Shown here: positions 24,221 to 35,600 of the stretch, piece after piece
Numbering within the stretch: position 1 is the first letter of the stretch
Layout of the letters: each line of letters starts with the position of its first letter
Source of the DNA: Catajapyx aquilonaris
Taxonomy: Eukaryota
Assembly: GCA_000934665.2 (NCBI GenBank)
Contig: KZ538686.1
Span: forward strand, 1 to 53,844
Direction of reading: 5' to 3'
Length of the DNA: 53,844 bases
Program-made: the position numbers and the translations under genes
The notes under the pieces: model-generated
What the model was told of the DNA's origin: nothing
Seen by the model: only the letters and a program-made list of their open reading frames with translations
Database searches by the model: none

Positions 24221-26352
24221 ATACAGGGTGTTTCTTACTAGAAGGTGAAGCCGCAAGCAGGGATCGAAATTAGCAGTTGCCAGTTGCATTTCACGACTTT
24301 AAATTAACAATTGGCGATGAAGTTAAGATATCTAGTCAACACTTTTAGCGACTAGCTTTTCCTCCCAAAATTAAATTTCTGTCAATAATAAAAATTTTGC
24401 TATGATTCTGGTCACTTATTTTCAATTTGTTTCCTGCTGAAGCTCTTGGTGATCCTGTGGTGTTTGTGGCACCCAATTAACAATTAATATTTAAAATGTG
24501 ACATCATGCTTAAAACAAGAATGACAACTAGACATTAAATTCTGGTGACCATGACCTTGGTTTCAAACCCCACTTGGCGACCTGCTTATGTCTCAGTTTA
24601 GAACACTGGCTGCAAGTGGCATATTCCTTGGCCCAAACCAGCCCTCAGACACTTATACTACATTTTGATGTTATCGCCTGCCGAGGCATTTTGCAGGGGG
24701 TGCTCACCTGAGAGCGCCATGAGACATTTCAGAGCACTGGTATGTGGCGACCCTACCGGACTACGCTTAACTTTACAGGTATGAAAGGGAAGCACTACAT
24801 GCGGGCCCAACATGGCCGCCGGTGACCATGTTGGGTCCCCCCAATGTAGCCCTTCCCTTTTGTACCTATAAAGTTCAGCCGTAGTCCGGTAGGGTCGCCA
24901 CATACCAGTGCTCTGAAATGTCTCATGGCGCTCTCAGGTGAGCACCCCCTGCAAAACGCCCCGGCAGGGGGTGGGTGGGAGTGACCAGACCTTACTTTCT
25001 ATGACCATGGCCCAAACCAAGTCTAAAATGTAGGTGGGAGAAATGTCAAGGGACCAACCAGTAACGAGGTAGACAACCAAAAACATTGGCTTACCCCGAG
25101 ACCCAGGCAGCAACACACAATGCCTCTTTGTAGGGAGAATAGTGAGCAGGATATAAGCATGATAATAATTTATTCAGAGAAAGAGGTGATCTTGCAAAAT
25201 CCCATCCGTCATTATTATCTCGAGTATATCCTGCTCCGAAGAGAACCCCTATAAGGTGCACGAGACCATCTGCCAGGAGATCTCCCTACAAAGAGGCGTA
25301 GTATGTGTTGCTGCCTGCATCTAGGGGTAGGCCAATGTTTATGGTCGTCTTACCTCGTCAACGGTTGGTCCCTCGACACTTCTCCCCCCTACATTTGATA
25401 CTTGGTTTGGGCCAAGGAATATGCCACTTGCGGCTTGCCCTACTAGCTGTAGATACAAATGCTCAATGGAAAATGTTTCTAATTAGCATCCTCAAATGAC
25501 TTAGAGCATATACAGGGTGTTTCAACTTTTTTGTCCAAACAGTTATCGGAAATATTGCACTATAAGCCACTACTTTGTAAGCAGTGACTTGCAACCGGTT
25601 TGTCGGAGGAATGGGGATTATTCCCTGCGAATCTTAGGTTGAAGTGGCAAACACTGCTTACAAAGTAGCAGGTTAGTGCAATATTTCCGATAACTGTTTG
25701 GACAAAAAAGTTTAAACACCCTGTATATCATATAAATACAGAAACTATACATCACAAAGATCCCAGCTCTGTGCCTCTCCACTCTTCAAGACAATGATCT
25801 GCTTGGCAGATAATTCAATTTCCGGATATAAGAGCCTTGGCTTCAGATAGCGCCAATTCACACAGGGTGTTTGGTACTAGTCGAGCCAACGGCCGTCTGC
25901 GTATTCATTGAGCCAAAAGAAGTCAAAAATGTAGGGGGGAGAAATGTCGACGTAGCAACTGTTAACATGACCTTGACCAGAAACATCGGTCAATGGTTGG
26001 CGAAGGAGTATTGATGCGCGTGAAAATTGCAACTGTTGGGATTCTCAAGGCCACCTCTTTCACAGAAGTCATTATCACCGCTCATATCCTGCAACTTCAG
26101 CAACCACCAGCCAATGTTTCTGGTCATCGACCTCATTAATGGTTGGTCCCTCGACATTTCTCCCTACATTTTCGACTTGATTTGGCCCAAGGAATACGCT
26201 GACGGCCGTTGGCTGGACCAGTTAGAAACACCCTGTACAACTGGTCCCAGCATGCTTCCATATATGGCCTGTGTATGTGGATATAAGAAACTTCGGTTAT
26301 AAGATACTGATTTCCGCAGTCCCTTGAAGTCTCTTATATCCGGAGTAAATTG
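24221..26352. mobile_element. Intergenic stack of nested MITEs between the GGH and TXNDC11 3' ends
   Basis: Several CAGGGTG-terminated mariner-type elements (~24223-25450, 25513-25724, 25863-26235), a hAT insertion 24258-24608 (TSD GCCGCAAG/GCTGCAAG) and a long hairpin ~24678-24968. Confidence 0.75.
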
Positions 26353-26676
26353 TATGTACAAATTATATAGTAAATATGGGTCAAAAAATCAACACTGCAT
26401 TATCGGCACAACATGATCAGGGACACTCTCTCATAAAAAATGTAAGGGAAAATGCCTGCGATAACATAGCGCAGATAGTACATGTCTTATAAATAGTTCT
26501 GTTCAAAAATAACATAATTCACATTCAGCCGAGTAATGAAATATTGCACCCCTATTTTGCAACAATCTCACATACTTGAGCATCAGCCCATTCAGGCTTG
26601 ACTTGATCTATGACGAGTCATTGGCACAATGGCTGTAACAAACACCACTTGCTCTGGGTGGAAGTACACACAATTG

Positions 26677-29600
26677 TCATAACTCATCCTTTTCTAACTG
26701 ACCATGCCTCTCACTAAGGTAACTCTCGTAGCTGGAAACAATGGCTTTGTGGCTTGCACTGCTAGACCCTACATTCTCAGTTGTGCTTAGCCTAATGTAC
26801 ACAGCTCGCAAGTGCTGCAATTGCAATCGCATGCGATGAAGATGCAACCAAGTGCGCTGCAGGAAGACATTCAAATAGGAGTACCTGCGGTGTAACCTGT
26901 CAATTTCTCCTGTGCTGCAATTATCCACACCACACTTAGTCTTCAGTTCCTCAACAGCATGCATTGCTTGCTGTAAAAACCTCAGGCGAGAGAGGGAGCT
27001 GCGGAAGGCACGCAGCAGGTTGCGAGTGACAGCAAGGGTCTCTCCACGAGCTTGAATTATGCACTGGGGGTTGCACACTTGCAGGGCAAGCTGCAGACGA
27101 GCCCGGGAATTCAAATTGGCCAAGACAAAGTGAAGCAGGTTTGGCACTGTGACAGGAAGCTCCGACGAGAACACCCGGCTCTCAGACTTCCTAAATATAG
27201 AAACATCAATCATGTTATACACCATTGCCACCAAAGTTTTGACTGACCTGAATGCTGGAAAAAATATGATGGAAGGGTATGTGTCAACAGTGTATTCCCA
27301 TGGCAGGTCATTTGCATTGGCATCAATTCGAGCAAATGTGAGATTTTCCAGGTTTCGTAAGTAGTAACTCACAGTGAGGTAGACATGAGATGTACTCTTG
27401 CAGTACATGCAGTAAGAAGTGTAGTAAAGCAGTATCACATCCTGTATTCAAAAATATTTTAAATAAAGAATTACAAACTAGAAGAATTTTAACAGACCTT
27501 CAATTGATTCAGCACCACTTTTTTAAAGGAATGAGTAGCAACATCTTCCACATGGACATAAGAAGTGTTCTGCATCTCTGGTACCGAGTAATTGTGAGTG
27601 TTGATGTTTCCAGAACGAAGAAATCTCTCTAAACGGCCCTTGTGGAATTCACTGACAAATTTAACCAGATTTTTTTTATTGATGTCTCCTGTCATAATGT
27701 AATGGGATTCCCTCTGAAAAAACCAGAACAACTTACACTCACACTGCCTCACATCCAAGAATAACAGTTTTCATCACTCACTTTTGGATCCAGAATAAAA
27801 ACTGCTGTGTGTTCTTTCTGCTTCGTGATATCTATCCCAAGTCGTAATGCAAATTCTGAATGTGCGATGGAATCAATGGCAAGAAAGGATAGCGTTTGGT
27901 TTGTCTGACACGCCATCCCTGTCACATTCACCTTTAACTGTCCACTTCTTGAAACTCGAAAGAGAGGTCCGACAGTTTTGCTATATTGATGGTCTTTGCA
28001 CTTCTGTTCCTCCCACTTGCCTAACATTGCAGGAATTCTATCATCAGATTGGGCATAATCTCGGTGCCATGTTGAGATTGGAACTGTTGTTATGACTGCT
28101 GTAGAGGTAGTAGGGTGGCTTGTATTGTGACAACACACTGAGAAGTGTGTGAAAGGATTGTACTGCAGACGAAGCTCTCGGCAAGTGTCTATTACATATT
28201 GGAATACCCTGTGCATACGTGCCAGTCCATTCCTGGCCTCCATGCTGGTTAGCATTTGGCACAACTGGTCTTGTTCAGATGAAGGACAAAATGCACACAA
28301 GTCGCAAACACGTGTCACTCGAGCTATGCGGATATCATCCTGCACCACCACTGTTCGGCAGCATGTATTGTTGCCCGTCTCTGATTGCAACTTGGTGGGA
28401 AGAGAGTGAGGCCGCTTGTTCCATGATTCACATGCAGCCTGCTGTACCCTGTGCTCCATTTGCTGGGCTGTGAAAAATTCAGACGGGGCCAGTATTGCAG
28501 GGGCTCATGGTACACGAGGGCCAGATGCCAAAATTGGGAAATGATGAACGGGGACTCCCATCAGATCATGTTCCTATGCCGGCAAAAAAAGCCAGATTTT
28601 AGTTTCTGTACTGACTGCCTTCATGCAGGATGGGAACTAAAATTTTCTATTCAATGGACTGCTTAAAAATAAGCCAATTAATATAGGAAGGATTTTCTGA
28701 ATCAAATTTTCATCATTTTCATTTTCAGCCTTTGGCAATTTACCTTGCATCTCTTGAGCAACATTGTGCAAGAGAGAGCTTGAGCTGTTTCCACAACTGG
28801 AATATTCCACTGCCACTTCCTTCAACTGAAAACATGATGGACAGTTAATCAGATGTACATGGCATATCCAAAATCTGTGACTCACCAGCAAATAATAAGG
28901 CTGTGTGATGTGAAACATATTACGGGGAGTAAATAATATTACAGAAGGCCCACGTTTCAAAGCCTCTGAAAGTACAAGGCTTTTCCGTCCAGGTGGTGTC
29001 ACCCATTCAGACACCTGACGAATGTGGCGAAAAACCCAATGTACAATTGCCTTTGAAGTGAAGGTGGAAGTGGTTGCATACCCCTGTCAAAATGAAAACC
29101 AGTATGAAATTTCGTCAAAATTTACTGTAGACGTGTATGGTACTGTATTACGGTCTGTGGCGGATCCAGGGATTTTTTCTGGGGGGGGGGGGTCCCTGCC
29201 GCAGTCGAATTTTTTTTCCTGTTCAAGGTCACAACCCTTCCTCGCGACCCCCAAACTGCAAAATGGAAAAGAACCCATAGAACAGTGCAATTTTGCACTG
29301 TTCCAGAGGGTTTTTGCGAGTTTTTTCCNCCCCCCTAAATCTGCCACTGATTACGGTACTGCCCAAACAGCAGCATGCCAGTTAAATAGGGGGTGACCAA
29401 GTTTTAGAAAATGTTCATTCAGTCTATTTCTATGACAAACCATTTGGCAGTTATTGTTATGTTGCACTTACAATCCCAGTACCGTACAGTAGATACAGTA
29501 GATACGGTAGGTACAAGATCCATTGTTGAACTCTATTTACGTATCCAGCCACCAAATGGTTTGTCGCAGATAATTGCCACATGGCTCATTCGACTCAGCT

Positions 29601-32600
29601 CATGAAACTCTACAACATACATGAAAATGAGCCTGATAGGAGCCACCTGAAAGTTCGTGAAAGTCCGACTTTGAGCGCCTCTAGCGGCCAAACGGCACGG
29701 CAGATTTCTTCGTCCTTCAGAGAAATTGACCCTGGGGTTGAGCTTTATCAACTGACCAAATTTGAGCAAAATCCAACGGCACAACTTTTACATAAGCAGT
29801 TAACCCATGTCCTTTCAATTTCTCATTAATTTTTCTCTTTTCTTACAACTGAAGTGCTAGATCACTGAGCCCAATAATGCGTTTGTAAGGCATAATATAT
29901 ACCTACAAAATGACAGCATAAATGGGCATTTAATATTTGTCACTCAAGAGCACGAGGACTAGAAAGGTAAAGAAAAGGCTACGGGGCATGATGGCACATT
30001 TAATTCAGGGCACATTGGCACATGTCCCTACCAACCTTGCCAGACCATGGCGATTATGGAAGAGCATGGCAGCCTCTAGTTAGTCTAGTGCTTCTCCCCT
30101 GTCACTTATTAAGCTGGGCCCATTCACTTTTCCCAGTTGCGGGCTACTTATTGCTCCTTATTAGCTGGAGGACACCCTATGTTATCCTGCAGGCAAAAAT
30201 TTCTGAACATGTTGTAACATCTTTGTAATCTCTTGTAACTATATGGATATGAATCGATAATGTGTGTAGAAATGATTTTCATATTACAGTCGAAAATCCC
30301 TCTGTAACAAAATTGAAGGGAACCAAATTTGCTTTCGTTATATGCGAAATTCGTTATATAAAACCGCGTTTAAACCTCACTTTTTTCTATATTTAGGCGT
30401 TATACAGGGTGATTCTCCCGAATGCAGGATGCTCACCTGCTTAGGGGTCGTCCATATACCACGTGACCGATTTTTGGCCACTCTTTGACCCCCCCTCCCC
30501 CCCAGAGACCGACCGTGGTATCCATTGGACNNNNNNNNNNNNNNNNNNNNNNNNNNNNNNNNNNNNNNNNNNNNNNNNNNNNNNNNNNNNNNNNNNNNNN
30601 NNNNNNNNNNNNNNNNNNNNNNNNNNNNNNNNNNNNNNNNNNNNNNNNNNNNNNNNNNNNNNNNNNNNNNNNNNNNNNNNNNNNNNNNNNNNNNNNNNNN
30701 NNNNNNNNNNNNNNNNNNNNNNNNNNNNNNNNNNNNNNNNNNNNNNNNNNNNNNNNNNNNNNNNNNNNNCCCCCCCCCCCCCCCAAACGGTCACGTGGTA
30801 TATGGACGACCCCTTACTGCCTTGCTTACTGAAGCCCTGCCACAACAATTCAAGTGAGAATTGTTCGATCATCAGGGATTTAGATCCTAGAGATTACCAC
30901 CTGTATGCAAGCAGTCGCATTCCCTATTCAGGGGTCGCGGAAATGGCTGGCGGCAGACTTCTATGACAAAGGCGTGCAAGATCTATCCAAAATCTATGAA
31001 ATATGCCTCGATTTAGCTGGAAACTATTTTGAAAAAAACTACACAGTTGTTGCTTTCAGCTGTGTAAATACAAATTCTGGTGGTGCATTGTGGGTTTTCT
31101 AATTTAAAAACGGAACTTACTTTCTGGATGCGCCTCATATATGCAAACAAGAGCTAACTCCTTATTTAACCTTAACTAATGTACAACACCAGGCCCTAAT
31201 CTGTCTTCTTCCCCATTAAGTTGACATGGCCATGCATACTGGGTCAGTCTGCCTTAGATTCTGCTTATGAGGTAAGACATGTACTTACGAGAGTCTCATT
31301 CCAATTGATAAGCAGCAGTCTCTTCTCTGTGGTCAGCCCAAATTGTTGGGCAGCATTAGCATTGGTGACCAGTGCAAAAGCCACACCCCTAGCATTGTCA
31401 TGCTCTAAAGCTTTCATGGAAGCCATATAGTATGAATGGTATCCAGCACAATGTAAAACTCCTTGGAATTGTACATATCCTACAACTACAGCCTGGAAAT
31501 AACAGTTACATTAGATGATGATTCCAAACATTATTAATACTCTAACTACATACATCATGCCTTGCTCTGAGCACTTCCAGTTCTTCAAGATTTTCAATTC
31601 GAATGAATGGCTGCATGGCATTCCTCAGGAAGTTAACCATATGTGAAAATTCTTTTAGGCCTTTATAATGCACTCCCCTGAAGTGCTGTTGATACATAAT
31701 TAGCACTGGATATGCTTGAATTTTGTGTGACACGCGACAGTCTCCATCTGGATGCCAGCAGTTTATGGCGGCAAAGTAAACCTAAAAGATGTGTGTAATA
31801 TTAGTGTTGAATAACAAGAACACATTTTATCAGTCAAATCAATACCTGCTTGTGATAATATTTGGCCGCCTTTTCAAATTCCCATCTGACTGCTTTGCTC
31901 TCGGCATCCCAGGGTGCATAATACATAACAAAAGATAGATCCGATTCTGCAATATTCTCAAATGCTGCAGACATCTGCCCTTGGTAAAAGTCAGCCACTA
32001 GAGATGCCACTGGGAAAAATGGCGTAGCTGTTGGGCTCCTCCGCACCTTCAGTGGGCTGGAAAAGTATTCCTTCATTAATATAAGTTGACACATGTAAGC
32101 CTGTCAAGTGAGTACTCTGTACGAATCCAAATTACAGGAAAATTTCGACCATGGGTTGCCCTGACATGCTCTCAGGTAACGAAACTGCGGTCCCAAGGTG
32201 AAATACTCTATCTCCAAAATCAGTTAGAATGCAAATGGCGTACCGGCCTCCTGGGCTGCGAGGGGGAAGTTGCATGCAACCTTCATCCTTACTGGTTTTG
32301 AAGATAGCTACCTGGTTGCACCAACAAAATTACCGGTCCGATAGCTCCTAACGGACCGATAGCACATGTTAAAGGTCTACCTATCTGTCCATTAGGAGCT
32401 ATCGGACCGGTAATTTTGTTGGTGCAACCAGGCAAGAGTGTTTGACTTTGGGATCACAGAAATGCACTTATCATTATTTTATTGATTGAAAGTGGGGAAT
32501 TGATGGGATACAGGTGGATTTTCTAGCTTCAACGAACTGCGGATCAAGAATATTAAAAAATCAAAAACTAGGAAGTTCCTAAGAACGCTATTTTAATTTG

Positions 32601-35600
32601 CCACGTGCTTCTGACTACACTGAATGCAAGTGAATGAAGTGATATGTAGGCATACACTACTTAACAGAGCAATAAGGACTGACCCAGCCAGCTAAGGCCC
32701 TCCAGCCTGACACCCTGGTGTTAATTATAAAATCAAAGTACATCAGGTCAGCAAATACATGATGCTAGAAGCATGGGGCTTCTGACTATCGGGAGACCAT
32801 GTTAACAAATCGCGGGCTGAGAATCATCTTCGGTTATCTCCATTTTTCAACGAAATCGAGCCAACAACGGATTGACATTGGATGTGCTATGTTCGTGCAT
32901 ATCCACCCAACGTAGGTTGTAATAACGGCATCATAAACCTTCTGAGAGTTGGAAACAGTTTCGTTCAAGTCCACAAGTGACCAAAATTATTCAGCTCTGA
33001 ATATGTAAATGACTCTCCTGAAAAAAATTAAAAAGTGGAGTTAACTGAAGATGATTCTCAGCCCGCGATAATGATGGTGCTCAGCACTCTTGGTGCCAAA
33101 AATGTAAAGTCCAGCTTGACGGCATTTCAGGTTTATATCAACTCTTGGTTATTACTTGCTCCAGTGGTGCATGTGCATTCCACTCCAGCTACACATTGGG
33201 ATTTACCAGTGGGAATACTTGTGCGCCATTGGAGTGTTTTACATCGCCACATTGCTCAAGGTGTCAACTTATCCATGGTATCACTATGCAGATGACCTTG
33301 AACTGCATTTTGAAAGGTTTGCCTAGTGGTATAGCATCCCTCAATAAAGGGGCATTCAGACGTGGCAATCCGGTTGCACGCAACCTGAAATACACTGAGA
33401 GAATAGGAAGTTGCACGCAACCAAAATATGCTGCAAAGTTCTAGCGCCGCAGCCGGGGTAAGGGCAAGTTGGCGGAAAAAGAGTAGAGGAGTGCTTTTGG
33501 CGCGCACTTTGCATGGGCAGATGACGACCAAATGACAACTCGTTAGGGAAATTTTTCCTTGGGATGTAAAATATACCAGTACTGAAGAAATCATGCAATA
33601 GGTGTTGGAAAACCATATGATAGGTGACAGGTGAGCCTAAATTGGAAGTTACAGAGCATAATTATTATGAAGCATACATATTATGAACTCGCTGCATATT
33701 TGATAGTTGTGACTTCATTAGTTGGGCAAGGGTGGCCAGAATTTTTGCCATATTTTTTTTTTCTTTTTTTTTTTGTTACCCCGTGATAGAGCTCGTGGCC
33801 CTCTTAGGGGGGAAGGGGAAGTTCCCAAGGGAGGGCGCCGTGCGATAGCCATTTCTGACATTCTTTAACACCAGGCCTTTTCTCCTGGCCCCGAGCAGAG
33901 AAGGGAGTGCAATTCTGCTCCGGCATGTCGGGTGAAAAGCGGAAAAAGACCCGGCCAAGCAGAGGTGACGGGGACGGGATTTGAACCCCGGCCTCCCGCT
34001 TGGCTGGCCAGCGGCGTAACCGCTAGACCACCATGCCGCCCAATTTTTGCCATAATTTATTGAGGTTATAAATAAATGTCAGCTGCAATTTATCCAGTGC
34101 AGGATAAGTTATAGCACTAAGACAAGCTGTGGGCCGCGAACATAATATTTAGGGTCTTGAGGGAGGGTCACAAACTATATTTTAATAAAATTATTACAGT
34201 AAAACTTCTATAAGTGGAACTTCCCTAAGTCGAAGATCTCTATAAGTCAAAGAAAATGATGAGCTTGGCTGGTCACAATGTAAAATAATAGGAAATAAAC
34301 TTCCCTAACTCGTATTTCTATAACTCGAAGTTCTCCATAACTCGAAGTCCAGGCAGGGCCTTACGATGGGATATCAATGCATTTTCAGTCTCCCTAAGTC
34401 GAACTTCATGTTGGCGAGTACGGAAAATTTTCTCATTTCCCAGCCGAAGGGTCGAGAGTAGGCCACATGTACAGAAAGGCTCAATTTCCTGATCTCCGTC
34501 TACCAGATGTACCGAAAGAAGTGTTTGACTCGATTGTGACAATTGAATCTTTGAATCTAAGAGTAGGCAAATGTCCATAACGGAGATTTTTTCACAACAA
34601 AACAATGAGGAACATTGTAAGTGTGATAGTGACAGTTACTTTTATGTTTTGAACACTTTTTCGTCGCTGGATGTAAAGGTAGGCTTCCTTATAGAGTTAT
34701 GTGCTCAAAAAAAGCCAAACTAACTCGAAGTTTTTTCCCGGTCCCATGGAGATTCGACGTATAGAAGTTTTACTGTATATCTCTCTGGAAAAATATGCCT
34801 GTAAACGAGAAATTGTATTAATTTATCAATGATTGCCATTGACAATGGGGAGGTTGAAATTGAAATTAAGGGTCGCGAATTTTATGATACGATTTTCTCG
34901 GGAGCCAACGAAAAATATTGGGAAGCCCTGCATTTACCAAGTGTTCAGAAAGCTTTCCAACCCACGTAGGTGCTATCACGTCTTGTAATAGGTGTTTATA
35001 GCAGCTGATATGCAGCGTGCTCTTCAAGAGACGCCATCTTGGAAGTTGCAAGCTGGTTGCATGTGATGATCACACGGTGGGTTGTAGGCAACGAGTTGCG
35101 AACCGGGTTGAGCAAACAAGTTGCCACGTCTGAATGCCCCTTAATACAGAACTGTTTCAAGTTGTAGGCCATCCCTCATGCACCGTGCATATTTTCCCCT
35201 CAACAGACGAATTGGCAAGAATGATTTAAGCACTCAATAATGCAGGATTATTCTCTGCGGCACTACTTTGGTGAATGCTCTTGGTCAGCAGTCACCACTT
35301 TTAAAAATATGATATCTCCCTCTCCACATACAGGGTGGGCGAAAAGTCCCAGGACACCTGGCTTTTTTTTTACCTGCAAAACAAATCTGTGCATGGAAAA
35401 TGTGTCGGAAATGCTGGTGTAACATCTTCTGGACACTGACGGAACTGTTTGATGAGGGGAGACATCTGAGGACCCCCAACAACACCCATAAAAAGCATTT
35501 AGCAAGGGAAGTGTCTTTCACGCTTCCACGTCTTTACATTTCCCATGCTGCATGCTTTTTTCTCCCACTTGAACAAGTTACTTCTTCTCGGTGGCACCTT

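Noticed and set aside
30433..30966. Long ORFs across 30.4-31.0 kb
   Set aside because: Artefacts of the N-gap.
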